A stretch of 64,000 nt of DNA from Candidatus Bathyarchaeum tardum (GCA_024650005.2 CP122380.1:640001-704000); one strand, 5' to 3'. Positions 45,330-56,136 are shown, counted from the first letter of the stretch. Notes: generated by a model from the letters alone, not told the origin. Program-made: numbers and translations.

Positions 45330-46274
45330 ATGGCAAAGGAAAAACTAAAGATCGCTTTTTATTGGGCGGCTAGCTGTGGAGGCTGTGAAGTAGCTGTTCT
45401 AGACGTTAACGAAAAAATCTTAGACGTTGTTGCGGCAGCTGACATAGTTTTCTGGCCTGTAGCAATCGACACTAAATACAAAGATGTCGAAGCTATGCCT
45501 GACCAAAGCATTGATGCATGTTTCTTCAACGGAGCAATCAGAAACTCTGAAAATGAAAAGATGGCTAAACTCTTAAGACAAAAATCCAAAATACTTGTGG
45601 CTTTTGGCTCATGCGCAAACGACGGATGCGTGAAAAGTCTCGCAAACCTTTCGGATAAAGATGGTGTCTTTGAGCGTGCCTATCTTGAAACTCAATCAAC
45701 TGTAAACCCTGAATCAGTTACCCCTCAAACACGTTTCAAAGTAAATGAGGGTGAACTAGATCTTCCCGAAGTCTATGACACTGTGAAAACATTGCCCCAA
45801 ACAGTGGATGTTGACTACACCATATCTGGTTGTCCTCCGCCTGTTCCTTCAATATTGGTAATGTTTAACGCGTTCATTACTGGTGATTTACCCCCTAAAG
45901 GTTCAAGCTTTTTGCCCAACAAAGCTGTTTGTGATGAATGCCCGCGAGAAAAGAAACACAGCGAAATTACTGAATTCAAACGAATTTATGAAATTGAAGA
46001 CGACGGTGTAACCTGTTTCTTGGATCAAGGTGTAATCTGTATGGGTATGGCTACTCGTGCTGGTTGTGGTTGTCAATGTCCAAACGTAAACATACCTTGT
46101 ACCGGTTGTGGTGGTCCAGGTCCTCGTGTAGTTGACCAGGGTGCTGCAGCTATCAGTGCCCTTGCATCTCTTGCTAAGGACATCAATGTTGTGAAAGAGA
46201 TAGTTGACCCTGTTGGAACTTTCTACAAGTATTCATTAGCTAACTCAATTCTTAAGAGGAAAGTGCAAAAATGA
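45330..46274 (+). CDS. mvhG: F420-non-reducing [NiFe] hydrogenase small subunit
   Basis: SCGGC, FGSCA, GCPP, VCDEC, C..QG..CMG..TR.GC, PCTGC. Confidence 0.9.
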   Translation: MAKEKLKIAFYWAASCGGCEVAVLDVNEKILDVVAAADIVFWPVAIDTKYKDVEAMPDQSIDACFFNGAIRNSENEKMAKLLRQKSKILVAFGSCANDGCVKSLANLSDKDGVFERAYLETQSTVNPESVTPQTRFKVNEGELDLPEVYDTVKTLPQTVDVDYTISGCPPPVPSILVMFNAFITGDLPPKGSSFLPNKAVCDECPREKKHSEITEFKRIYEIEDDGVTCFLDQGVICMGMATRAGCGCQCPNVNIPCTGCGGPGPRVVDQGAAAISALASLAKDINVVKEIVDPVGTFYKYSLANSILKRKVQK

Positions 46275-47728
46275 GAGAAATAGTAATTGACCCAATCACA
46301 AGACTCGAAGGACACGGAAAAATTACAATTTTCCTTAACGACGACGGAAACGTAGAAAACGCATACTTCCAAGTTCCAGAACTTCGCGGTTTTGAAAAGT
46401 TCTGTGAAGGAAGACGCGCAGAAGACCTACCTATAATAACTACCCGAATTTGTGGAGTCTGTCCAGTTGCTCATCACATGGCAGGAGCAAAAGCATTAGA
46501 TGCAGCATTTAATGTGGAACCCACAGAAACTGCCAAAAAATTAAGAGAACTAGAATACTGTGGTTACTTCATTTACGACCACATACTTCACTTCTACTTC
46601 TTGGGTGGCCCAGACTTTGTTGTTGGTCCTGATGCTCCAGCTGCTAAACGTAACATTCTTGGAGTAATAGAGAAAGCAGGTCTAGAAGTTGCGGGTGAAG
46701 TCATAAAACACCGTGCGTTTGGACAAAGAATTACTGGAATCATTGGAGGTCGACCAACTCATCCTGTAAGTGCTGCAATGCCTGGGGGCATCGCAAAAGC
46801 AATAGACGAAGACGAACGCCAAGAAATCGAAGATATGCTAAAGAGTTGTCACGAATTTGCTAAATTTAGTTTGAAACTCTTTGATGATGTTGTTCTCAAA
46901 AACGCTGACTACGTCAACTTGATTACAAGCGACCCCTATAACCTTCCAACATATTACATGGGAACAGTTGACGAAAACAACAAAGTAAACTTTTATGACG
47001 GCAAAGTCCGAGTTGTTGACCCAGAAGGCAAAGAATTCGTAAAGTTTGGTCCTTCAGAATACTTGGATATTATTGAAGAACGAGTAGAGCCTTGGACATA
47101 CGTTAAAATGCCCTACCTCAAAAAAGTTGGATGGAACGGCTTCACCACAGGACCCGACAGCGGAATCTACCGTGTAGGTCCACTTGGTCGACTAAATGCT
47201 TCTGACGGAATGGCAACACCAGTTGCTCAAGCCGAATATGAACGAATGTACAAAACTCTTGGTGGAAAACCTGTTCACGCTACTTTGGCTTTCCATTGGG
47301 CGAGACTAATCGAATTGATGTATGCAACAGAACGTGGTCTAGAATTAATCAAAGATCCTGAAATAACCAGCAAAAACATACGAAACAAACCCGGAAAACC
47401 CGGAGAAGGTGTTGGAATCGTTGAAGCAGCCCGAGGAACATTAATTCATCATTACCAGCTTGATGAAAACGCTCTGGCAAAGAAAATCAACCTAGTAGTC
47501 GCAACAACTCACAATGCACCTGGAATCTGCATGTCAATAAAGAATGCAGCACAAGGAATCATCAAAAACGGCGAAGTCAACGATGGTTTACTGAACAAAG
47601 TGGAAATGGCTTTCCGAGCATACGATCCATGCTGGGCATGTGCAACTCACTTTGCGATTGGTGAAATGCCTTTACAAGTTAATGTTTTTGATAGCCAGAA
47701 AAAGCTAGTAAAGAAAATAACTCGGTAA
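46271..47728 (+). CDS. mvhA: [NiFe] hydrogenase large subunit, group 3c
   Basis: TRLEGH, RICGVCP, EAARG, RAYDPCWACATH + cleavable C-terminal tail. Confidence 0.92.
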   Translation: MREIVIDPITRLEGHGKITIFLNDDGNVENAYFQVPELRGFEKFCEGRRAEDLPIITTRICGVCPVAHHMAGAKALDAAFNVEPTETAKKLRELEYCGYFIYDHILHFYFLGGPDFVVGPDAPAAKRNILGVIEKAGLEVAGEVIKHRAFGQRITGIIGGRPTHPVSAAMPGGIAKAIDEDERQEIEDMLKSCHEFAKFSLKLFDDVVLKNADYVNLITSDPYNLPTYYMGTVDENNKVNFYDGKVRVVDPEGKEFVKFGPSEYLDIIEERVEPWTYVKMPYLKKVGWNGFTTGPDSGIYRVGPLGRLNASDGMATPVAQAEYERMYKTLGGKPVHATLAFHWARLIELMYATERGLELIKDPEITSKNIRNKPGKPGEGVGIVEAARGTLIHHYQLDENALAKKINLVVATTHNAPGICMSIKNAAQGIIKNGEVNDGLLNKVEMAFRAYDPCWACATHFAIGEMPLQVNVFDSQKKLVKKITR

Positions 47729-47740
47729 ACAAGTTGAATT

Positions 47741-47780
47741 TGACACCTGTCTGGTGTCATTTTTCTTTCTCTTTTTTGTT
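47741..47780 (+). terminator. Hairpin + T-rich tract after mvhA
   Basis: TGACACC-TGTCT-GGTGTCA then T runs. Confidence 0.55.
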
Positions 47781-47897
47781 TAATGTTTTGTGTAGTTTTT
47801 TGTTCTTGTTTTCGTTTTCTTGTTATTAACAAAAATGTAACAAGCTTAATATTTTGTAATTCGGTATATTTGTACCTCTAAACTTAGGTGATTAAAA

Positions 47898-48911
47898 ATG
47901 GTTAATGCAGCAATAAATGGTTTCGGAAGAATCGGACGGCTTTTGTATAGAGCTGCTCTTGAAACAAATGCTGACATCAATTTTGTGGCAGTCAACGATT
48001 TGACAGATGCGAAAACTCTTGCGCATCTACTCAAGAACGATACTGTTCATGGCAAATTTCCTTTTGACGTAGAAGTCAAAGGGTCATCCCTTATCGTTGA
48101 TGGAAAAGAGTTGAAGATTTTAGCAGAACCAGATCCTTCAAAATTACCTTGGAAAGAAATGGGTGTTTATGTTGCTGTTGAATCCACTGGAAGATTCAGA
48201 TCACGAGAAGCAGTTGCAAAGCACCTGGAAGCTGGTGCAGAAAAGGTTCTTGTTTCTGCCCCAATGAGTCCAGCAAAAAGTGCTGACTTAACTGTTGTTT
48301 ATGGCGTCAACGACAACTTGTATGACCCAAACAAACATAAAATAATGTCTTTGGCTTCATGCACTACTAACTGTTTAGCTCCTGTAGCTAAAGTTCTAAA
48401 TGATAATTTTGGCATCGAGAAAGGTCTTATGACTACTGTACATGCTGTAACTAACGACCAAAGACTTCTTGACATGCAACACAGCGACCTCCGAAGAGCA
48501 AGAGCAGCTGCTTTCAACATGATTCCCACTTCTACTGGTGCAGCTACAGCAGTTGGCTTGGTTCTTCCAGTTCTTGACGGAAAACTAAATGGCATGGCTC
48601 TTCGTGTTCCTATTCCTGATGTTTCAATAGTTGATTTGGTTGCAATCCTAAAGAAAGAAGCAACAAAAGACGAAATTAACGCTGCCCTCAAGAACGCAGT
48701 TGAAGGAAGCCTAAAAGGCGTATTAAGTTACACTGAAGAACCCCTTGTTTCATCCGATCTGATACATAATCCAAACTCAGCAATCATCGATGGAGACCTA
48801 ACCATGGTCATTGGAAACTTGGTTAAAGTTCTTGCTTGGTATGACAACGAATGGGGCTATTCCGTTAAAATGGTTCATATGATCGAAAAAATCTGCAAAA
48901 TGGCTGCCTAA
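47898..48911 (+). CDS. gap: Type I glyceraldehyde-3-phosphate dehydrogenase
   Basis: INGFGRIGR, ASCTTNCL, WYDNEWGYS. Confidence 0.97.
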   Translation: MVNAAINGFGRIGRLLYRAALETNADINFVAVNDLTDAKTLAHLLKNDTVHGKFPFDVEVKGSSLIVDGKELKILAEPDPSKLPWKEMGVYVAVESTGRFRSREAVAKHLEAGAEKVLVSAPMSPAKSADLTVVYGVNDNLYDPNKHKIMSLASCTTNCLAPVAKVLNDNFGIEKGLMTTVHAVTNDQRLLDMQHSDLRRARAAAFNMIPTSTGAATAVGLVLPVLDGKLNGMALRVPIPDVSIVDLVAILKKEATKDEINAALKNAVEGSLKGVLSYTEEPLVSSDLIHNPNSAIIDGDLTMVIGNLVKVLAWYDNEWGYSVKMVHMIEKICKMAA

Positions 48912-48943
48912 ACTGAACTAATACTAATTGTTTTGGTGATTGT

Positions 48944-50170
48944 ATGGCAAAGTTCCTTACGTTAGATGATTTCGATTTACAGAACAAAACCGTTCTTTTA
49001 AGGGTAGACTTTAACTCTCCCCTTAATCCTAAAACAAAACAAATAATCAACGACAAACGAATTCGTGCCCACGCAAACACAACCATCAAAGAATTAATCC
49101 AAAACGGTGCAAAAACAGTAATCCTAGCCCATCAAGGCAGACCAGGAGATGCAGATTTCACTTCTCTTGACCAGCACGCAGAGCTTCTTGGCAACGCATT
49201 GAACATGTCTGTGGATTATGTGGATGATGTTTTAGGCGAATCTGCCCAGAACGCCATCAAATCATTGAAAAGCGGAGAAGTTTTAGTTTTAGGAAATGTT
49301 CGTGGCATTCCTTCTGAACTAAAAAAAGGAACACCTGAAGAACAATCCAAAACTGATATCGTGAAAACTTTAGCTCCGTTAGTAGACTTATTTGTCAATG
49401 ACGCTTTTGCCGCAGCTCACAGAGCTCAAGTCACAATAATTGGTTTCACACCTGTTTTGCCTAGCGCTGCTGGCAGAATAATGGAAAAAGAACTAAAAGC
49501 CTTAGGCAAAGTTCTGGGCAATCCCGAAAAGCCATCTGTATTCATGATTGGCGGCGCAAAAGGTGACGACTCATTGGACATAACCAGTTATGTACTAAAG
49601 AATAACATAGCAGACAATGTCTTAACTGGTGGAGTAATTTCTCACATTTTTTTGGTAGCTACTGGTGTAAACTTGGGTGAAAGCAACATAAAATTCCTTG
49701 AAAAGAAGGAACTTATGGGTCTAATTCCTGGTATTAAAGAAATTATGAAAAATTATCCTGGAGCTGTAGTTGTTCCTGTGGATGTAGCTACCGAAGTCAA
49801 CAAAAAGCGTCATGAAGTTGCTGTTAGTGAGCTTCCAATTGATTCTCCTTTGTTTGATATTGGGACTGAAACTGCCAAAAAGTTTGGAGAGATAATCCGT
49901 AACGCAAAAACAGTTGTTGTTAGTGGTCCAGTTGGTGTCTTTGAAAATCCAGAGTTTAGGAGAGGCTCTGAGATTGTTCTTCAAGCCGTAGCAGACTGTG
50001 AAGGATTCACTCTTATTGGTGGCGGTCACACTATTGCTGCTGTTGAAAAATTGGGTCTTGCAGACAAAATTTCTTATATCAGCACTGCAGGGGGTGCTTT
50101 GATCGAGTTTCTAATGGGAAATGAGTTGCCCGGAGTTGCTGCTTTAGAACAAGCAGCAAACCGAACCTAA
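48944..50170 (+). CDS. pgk: Phosphoglycerate kinase
   Basis: RVDFNSP, AHQGRP, NDAFAAAHR, STAGGA. Confidence 0.96.
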   Translation: MAKFLTLDDFDLQNKTVLLRVDFNSPLNPKTKQIINDKRIRAHANTTIKELIQNGAKTVILAHQGRPGDADFTSLDQHAELLGNALNMSVDYVDDVLGESAQNAIKSLKSGEVLVLGNVRGIPSELKKGTPEEQSKTDIVKTLAPLVDLFVNDAFAAAHRAQVTIIGFTPVLPSAAGRIMEKELKALGKVLGNPEKPSVFMIGGAKGDDSLDITSYVLKNNIADNVLTGGVISHIFLVATGVNLGESNIKFLEKKELMGLIPGIKEIMKNYPGAVVVPVDVATEVNKKRHEVAVSELPIDSPLFDIGTETAKKFGEIIRNAKTVVVSGPVGVFENPEFRRGSEIVLQAVADCEGFTLIGGGHTIAAVEKLGLADKISYISTAGGALIEFLMGNELPGVAALEQAANRT

Positions 50171-50196
50171 TTTTTCCCTTTTTTATTTTTTTTTGA

Positions 50197-53037
50197 TTAC
50201 GGTACATTTACGACTCTAGTATTCCATTCGTTGAAATATTGTTCGTATTCTTCTTGAGTCAATGGATATTGCTCAGTAACTGGATATGGGAAACCGCTCA
50301 TGTCCCGGAAGGGTAATGGTTCTACTGTGAAATCAAAGCCATAACCCCAGTTTCCATAGTGGTCTTTGAACCAAGATGCCACATACAAGAAGTAACTTCT
50401 TTCCATGCCTTCTTCAAGTTCTGGAAGATCTGCCGTGGGGAACTTTAGGTAAATTGTGTCGCCTTGTAATCCAATAACATAAATGTCATCTGTTACGTTA
50501 AGGAGTGCAGTTACGTCGCCGTATTTTGTGAAGTTTCCTGAAGCATTTGTTGTTGTAATTGCAAAACCAATTGGTTCAAGTGTTGCCATTGGCAAAATTT
50601 CTGTAACTGTAATGTTTTTTTGTTTGCTTATGTCGATACCAACGTAATCGAAGGTGACGTTCCAGAAATTGGTTATTCTTATCTTGTATTCTGTTACGTC
50701 TTCTGCGAACAGCCCATTCAAGTCTACTGCAAAAGTTCGGGGAACGTAATCTCCTGGAATTGGCATTTGTCTATCTTGTGATACTCGCACCCAATTTCCT
50801 TGTGCATCCATTACTTCCATGTACGCTGGAGGGTTAATTTGGGTGCCATTTTCTACCAATCCTTGGGCGGCAGCTGTTTCAAATTGTGTTATCCAATCGT
50901 AGTATGGTTGTGCTGGTCCCCAATCTACCATTCCGTTGATTACTAACTTGATTTCTTCTGCGTCAGATAAATCCCCCAAGTCTAGTGTCAATTGGTTGTA
51001 TACTATGTTGTCCCATGATGGGCTTTCAACTCCGTTAGTTGCAGGCGTGAAATCATTGTCAATTTCAGCAATTATATCTAAGACGTCTTCTCCATCTTGG
51101 TTCACTGCTGAAACTGGCTTTAACAAGTTTTGCGGGTCGACTGTGTAAACTTCGTTGTATGCGCCTTTGTTAACGTAATTTACCATTGTTGAGTAAACAT
51201 CAGTATCGTTGGGATGGTCAACTACCACCATGTATGCGCTGTCTACATAGAATATTTCATCCCATTGTTGGAACAGGACAATGTCAAAGTATTCGTAACC
51301 TGTATCATTTTTTGTTGCTAACTGGGCTTTGTCAAGTTTAACATGATCCCATGGGTTGCCTCCACCAAATACGATATCACCTTCGTCAGTGATGTAGTCA
51401 ATGTATCCTAACCATCCTGCGTTTGAGACTTCTGTGATGTATGTGTAGTTGTTTCCGTTCCAAATGTAAAGTGAAGGACAGGAAGCATATCCGCTGATTA
51501 CGATATAGTTTGCTAATACCGACAGATGTCTGTCTAAAGTTATGGTTCTAGTTTCACTAGTTACATCATCGTTCCAATGAGAAAACTCTACTACACCATG
51601 TTGTAGTTCAACAATTTCGTCTGTACTGATTTCATAATCGCCTACTGGTAATAGTGCCGAATATGGGGACTGTAGTGTTTCTCCATCAAGGGTAAATATC
51701 ATTGGTGTGCTACCTCCACCTGACCTATTAATGGAAAGCGTATGGTAACCATTGGGGGCAACTTGGAAATACCCCGTTAACTTGTTTGTTTGGTTTCCAA
51801 CATTAACCAATTCAACTTTGTAACCTGTTGTTTTTCCTTCGGTTGTTTCACCCTCGGCTGTAACTGTAAATTCAATCGGTACATCAGTTTCACCTGCGTT
51901 CAGTGTGTAAGTCAGTATTGTTTGACTTTCTCCTGCAATCATAACTCTAACATGAAGTGTACTGGGTTCATTTACCAGATTATCAGCTTTAGCTTTGATG
52001 ATAACTGTGTCTCCAGTCCATACTTCGTATGGTGAAACCGTTAATCCGCGAATGTGTGTATTTTCTGATGCCTGAGTTAAACCTTCAACAGTGAATGAAC
52101 CCGACAAACCATTCACTTCGACATTATATGTTCCTGAGATTGTTTCTGAAACTCTAAAATGTAATATTTCAGATGCTTGACCTGGTAATGTAACGTCAAT
52201 GGAGTCCCTCAATGTTCCATCAATTTTTAGATTAACTGTATAATGTCCAGTGATTTCTCCAGTGTTAACTACCTTGGCAGAAATTTCAACAATTTCACCA
52301 TCTGTTACTAATGATGGGTTTACCCCCAAGTCTGTTACTTTGAACTCTGCAGGTTCTGCTGGTGGGGCGTCAGCACTAACAATAAAGGAAGTGGTTGTGT
52401 CCTGAACCTTTACTATGTATTCTCCTTCTGTGCTTTTGGAAAAAGCAAAGTATGTTGTTGTGGTTTCGCCGCCATTCAAAGTGATGAATTTAGTTTCTTG
52501 TTTTGTATCGTTCACAAAAAGTTCTAGGGAGAAATCTCCAGTTGTATCTCCAACATTGGTTGACATAACTGAAACTGTTATTTGCTCTCCAATTCCTGCT
52601 ACTTTTCTGCTAGTTACTATGTTAGTTACTTGTAGTTCTCCTTGTTTTGTTGGTTTTTCTGTAGTAACCTTTAGTGTTTCTGTCAAATCATCAATTGTAA
52701 CTGTGTATGTTCCTTCTGTTTGTTCAGTTCTGGTGAAAGAAACTTGAGTTGTTTCTCGTCCAGAAAGTTGCACATCTTTTGACTCCACTGCAACATCATC
52801 AATTATCAAAACAACTGAATAGTTGCCGCTAATGTCTCCAATGTTAGTTACTTCTGCTGTTATTTTTACAGAATCCCCGACTTGAATCCAGTTAGAATCA
52901 AGAATTAAATCTGTAACATGAAACTCTGCAGGGCTTGACACCTGAGAACTAACAAAAAAGTAACCAGGAATTACTACCGCCAGAAGAACTAAGTCTGCTA
53001 GCAAAAACACTTTCATTTTAGTTAATCGAAAACCCAA
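50197..53037 (-). CDS. Large membrane-anchored surface protein with CARDB-like Ig repeats and an uncharacterised C-terminal domain
   Basis: N-terminal TM; three or four repeats (V.I.A.VTN.G...G...V.L.ID); C-terminal SCPSLYIWNG...WFKD...VEPLPF..MSGFPY...WNTR. Confidence 0.8.
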   Translation of the reverse strand: MGFRLTKMKVFLLADLVLLAVVIPGYFFVSSQVSSPAEFHVTDLILDSNWIQVGDSVKITAEVTNIGDISGNYSVVLIIDDVAVESKDVQLSGRETTQVSFTRTEQTEGTYTVTIDDLTETLKVTTEKPTKQGELQVTNIVTSRKVAGIGEQITVSVMSTNVGDTTGDFSLELFVNDTKQETKFITLNGGETTTTYFAFSKSTEGEYIVKVQDTTTSFIVSADAPPAEPAEFKVTDLGVNPSLVTDGEIVEISAKVVNTGEITGHYTVNLKIDGTLRDSIDVTLPGQASEILHFRVSETISGTYNVEVNGLSGSFTVEGLTQASENTHIRGLTVSPYEVWTGDTVIIKAKADNLVNEPSTLHVRVMIAGESQTILTYTLNAGETDVPIEFTVTAEGETTEGKTTGYKVELVNVGNQTNKLTGYFQVAPNGYHTLSINRSGGGSTPMIFTLDGETLQSPYSALLPVGDYEISTDEIVELQHGVVEFSHWNDDVTSETRTITLDRHLSVLANYIVISGYASCPSLYIWNGNNYTYITEVSNAGWLGYIDYITDEGDIVFGGGNPWDHVKLDKAQLATKNDTGYEYFDIVLFQQWDEIFYVDSAYMVVVDHPNDTDVYSTMVNYVNKGAYNEVYTVDPQNLLKPVSAVNQDGEDVLDIIAEIDNDFTPATNGVESPSWDNIVYNQLTLDLGDLSDAEEIKLVINGMVDWGPAQPYYDWITQFETAAAQGLVENGTQINPPAYMEVMDAQGNWVRVSQDRQMPIPGDYVPRTFAVDLNGLFAEDVTEYKIRITNFWNVTFDYVGIDISKQKNITVTEILPMATLEPIGFAITTTNASGNFTKYGDVTALLNVTDDIYVIGLQGDTIYLKFPTADLPELEEGMERSYFLYVASWFKDHYGNWGYGFDFTVEPLPFRDMSGFPYPVTEQYPLTQEEYEQYFNEWNTRVVNVP

Positions 53038-53166
53038 AATAATTCCACCAACCAGAACAGCAAATTGCCTTTTTATTTTGTGTATTAATTCACTGTTGCT
53101 GCTTAAAAGTTTGGTTCCATTCCGTAAAGGAGGACTATCTATTTTTGTATAATGATACTTTGTTTT

Positions 53167-54156
53167 TTATTCAAGCTCTGACGGTTCTAACCAGTTACGG
53201 GATTTGAGAACTGTTTTGTTGCCAAATTTTATTTTTAAGCAGTTGTCGTATGGACACATTTCAACACATCTTGCGCATAGCATGCACATTGATGTCATGA
53301 TTTTTCCTCCTTTCTTTTCGTAGACTTCAGTTACTTGAACTGGACAAACTCGTTTACAAATTCCACATTTTGTACATTTTTCTTCATTCTTGTCCAGATG
53401 CAACATTGGAGCCCATTTGAAACCTTTGATCTTGTTCAAAACAGCTATTGACGCTCCTGTTGGGCAGAATCTGCACCAAAATCTTCTTACAAAAAATGAG
53501 GCGCCAACTGTTAAAGCCAAAAAAACTAGTGCACTGACTGTAGCAAAGTTTTCGCCAGTATATTTGATTACTTCTTGAATGTATGGGTAACTAAAGTATA
53601 TTCCAGCAATTTCAAGAGGTCCTGTCCAAGGTACAATTATTGGTGTCAATGGGCTGAGTAAGATTCCGATGTGTTCAAATGGACCTGCAAAATGCATCAT
53701 CATCATGGTTAAAACGTTCCCTGTTGAAGGGGGATCCATGATGCTGAAAACAGCTCCCAGAATTAAGAAACTAATAATGAGGACATATCTGAGGTTATGT
53801 AACATTTTGTTGAGTCTGTCTGGGATGATTCTGTAGCGTATGTTTGTAGCTTTTCTGAGTACTGTGATTACGTCCATGTATAATCCATACGGGCAAATCC
53901 ATCCGCAGAAAAATCTGCCTAGAACGATTGGCATTATCAAGATTACTGCTGCTATGTAGATTGGTCTTATTGGGTATGAAAATAAGTAAAATGTTCCCAC
54001 TACTGCTAGTACTTGAATTACAAATTTTATGTAAGTAACTTTTGTTGTTCGGCCTTTTTTCCATATCAAAATTGTAAGTATTGCTGCAATTGTTAGTCCT
54101 GCTATTGCCGTTAACTTTAACAGTTCTGCTACTAGTTCCATTGTCATCTTCTTCAC
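53167..54156 (-). CDS. Membrane 4Fe-4S protein (NapH/MauN-like), paralog of 31279..32457
   Basis: GRFFCGWICPYG, WCRFCP, EEKCTKCGICKRVCP shared with the paralog. Confidence 0.88.
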   Translation of the reverse strand: MKKMTMELVAELLKLTAIAGLTIAAILTILIWKKGRTTKVTYIKFVIQVLAVVGTFYLFSYPIRPIYIAAVILIMPIVLGRFFCGWICPYGLYMDVITVLRKATNIRYRIIPDRLNKMLHNLRYVLIISFLILGAVFSIMDPPSTGNVLTMMMMHFAGPFEHIGILLSPLTPIIVPWTGPLEIAGIYFSYPYIQEVIKYTGENFATVSALVFLALTVGASFFVRRFWCRFCPTGASIAVLNKIKGFKWAPMLHLDKNEEKCTKCGICKRVCPVQVTEVYEKKGGKIMTSMCMLCARCVEMCPYDNCLKIKFGNKTVLKSRNWLEPSELE

Positions 54157-54530
54157 CTAAAATATGATATCTTACTGAAAAACTCTTATGAAACCGATTT
54201 CAGTATACGATGCTGTGTTGAATGTTTTCGGATGAAATTCTGAACTTGTTGTTAACGACATGTGGCTTTTCTCATGAAATTTTGTGCTAACTACTATATC
54301 CGTTTAATTTTTAACAGTTTGTACTATTTGTAGTCAATAACAAATACTTTCCAGAAACTTATTATTGTTTTACAGTAGTACGCCGAGGACATATTCACTG
54401 GGATGCAAGCATGCTACTCATTCAAAGGTAACAAATCTAACTGTGTTACTGCTAAAAACTATATTTTTATTAACCGAATAACGAGTCTATTCGCTGATCC
54501 ATAATACATCGTTTCTGAGAGGAACAATAA

Positions 54531-55739
54531 ATGTCTAAACCCTTTGTCGTGATTACAGCAACTGGAAAAGATAAACCCGGTTTAATAACAGAAATAACAG
54601 AATTGATTGCCTATTCCAAAGGAAACATCGTTGACATCGAAGCCTTCAGTATGAGAGGATTATTTGCAATTTTTATGATAGTTGATTGTCGTTGTATGTC
54701 TGTTTCTTTTGAAAACCTGCGAGAGCAACTCATGGTCATGGGGCAAAAGGTAGGTTTAGATGTAAACATAGAATCCCTTCCGTCTGTACGGAGAAAAACT
54801 GGCAAAAAACTTGTGCTTTTAACAACCTTAGGTAAGGATCAACTTGGAATAGTAGCGAAAGTTTCACGTTTCCTTTCTGAAAATAACGCAAACATTGAAC
54901 GGATACGCATGATTGCTTATGGTGAATTAAACGCCATGGAAATACTTGTAGACATCAACGACCTAAAGGTTCCTGTTCAAGACTTCAAAGAATCCCTAAG
55001 CAAAGAATGCAAGCTAGTTGGGCAAGATGTTGTATTCCAGAAGGATACTGTTTTTCGTAAACCAAAACGATTGATTGTTTTTGACGTAGACGGCACTTTG
55101 ATTGATGCTGAATTTATTGATGAGTTAGCAAAAGCTGCAGGTGTAGGCGGAAAAGTAAGTGAAATTACTTCTCGAGCTATGAATGGAGAACTTGACTTCA
55201 AGCAAGCCCTAAGAGAAAGGGTTGGACTTTTGAAGGGTTTACCTGTTGAAGTCCTTGATTCCATAGTTGAAAACTTGGATGTAACCGCTGGGGCTGAAGA
55301 ATTAATAATTGCCCTTAAAGCGTTGGGTTACAAGATAGCCCTTATTTCTGGTGGTTTCACTCAGTTTGTTGAAAAAATCCAAGAAAAACTTGGAATCGAC
55401 TTTGTTTATGCTAACCAGCTTGTAATCAAAGATGGAAAACTAACTGGTGAGGTTTTAGAACCCATAATTGATGCCGAACGAAAAGCTGAACTGATGAAGG
55501 AGATAGCTAAAAAAGAGAATTTGTTGATGGAACAAGTTGTTGCCGTGGGTGATGGTGCAAATGATCGGTTTATGCTTCAAAACTCTGGTTTAGGGATTGC
55601 CCTTTATCCAAAGGCAGTTCTACAAAAAGTTGCTTCTGGTGTAATAACTAAAGACAATCTTGCTGGCATTCTATACTGTTTAGGTGCACCAGAAGAAAAA
55701 CTCAAAGAATTAGTACCCGACAAAAAACTGGATTCTTGA
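54531..55739 (+). CDS. serB: Phosphoserine phosphatase with two ACT domains
   Basis: GKDKPG / GKDQLG ACT starts; FDVDGTL, SGGF, VGDGAND. Confidence 0.92.
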   Translation: MSKPFVVITATGKDKPGLITEITELIAYSKGNIVDIEAFSMRGLFAIFMIVDCRCMSVSFENLREQLMVMGQKVGLDVNIESLPSVRRKTGKKLVLLTTLGKDQLGIVAKVSRFLSENNANIERIRMIAYGELNAMEILVDINDLKVPVQDFKESLSKECKLVGQDVVFQKDTVFRKPKRLIVFDVDGTLIDAEFIDELAKAAGVGGKVSEITSRAMNGELDFKQALRERVGLLKGLPVEVLDSIVENLDVTAGAEELIIALKALGYKIALISGGFTQFVEKIQEKLGIDFVYANQLVIKDGKLTGEVLEPIIDAERKAELMKEIAKKENLLMEQVVAVGDGANDRFMLQNSGLGIALYPKAVLQKVASGVITKDNLAGILYCLGAPEEKLKELVPDKKLDS

Positions 55740-55761
55740 AAAAACAGGTAATAAAAATTGC

Positions 55762-56136
55762 TTAAGATTCAAATTGCCTGGTTTTCATTATGTCTTTGTT
55801 TATTTCTTTGAAGGTTTTGTAAATGTCTTCTACGTGTAATGTTGAATTTTTGATTTTAGTCTGAACAAGTCCGGCAACTAAAACCGCACCGCCTATTGTT
55901 TCACTTATGGGAGTGGGTTCTGGGAATGTGATAATTGCCAAAGCAATTTTGATTAATTTTGACTTTTTTTCTCCACGCCATAATTTCTGGGCGTTGTTTA
56001 CGTCTTTGGACATTTCTTGTATAACTTCGAGAGTTTCTGTATAACTTAACCCTAGTTCTTGCAGGATAACAGCCATTCGTTTCAATTCTTTTTGTTCCAC
56101 GATGAACCCCGCTTTGTTGTTAAATAATAAAAACAC
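55762..56136 (-). CDS. Hypothetical protein
   Basis: ORF with a hydrophobic hairpin (IALAIITFPEPTPISETIGGAVLVAG); start uncertain. Confidence 0.6.
   Translation of the reverse strand: MFLLFNNKAGFIVEQKELKRMAVILQELGLSYTETLEVIQEMSKDVNNAQKLWRGEKKSKLIKIALAIITFPEPTPISETIGGAVLVAGLVQTKIKNSTLHVEDIYKTFKEINKDIMKTRQFES

Noticed and set aside
47620-47650. Selenocysteine or split VhuU-type hydrogenase C-terminus
   Set aside because: DPCWAC is encoded by Cys codons within one continuous ORF.
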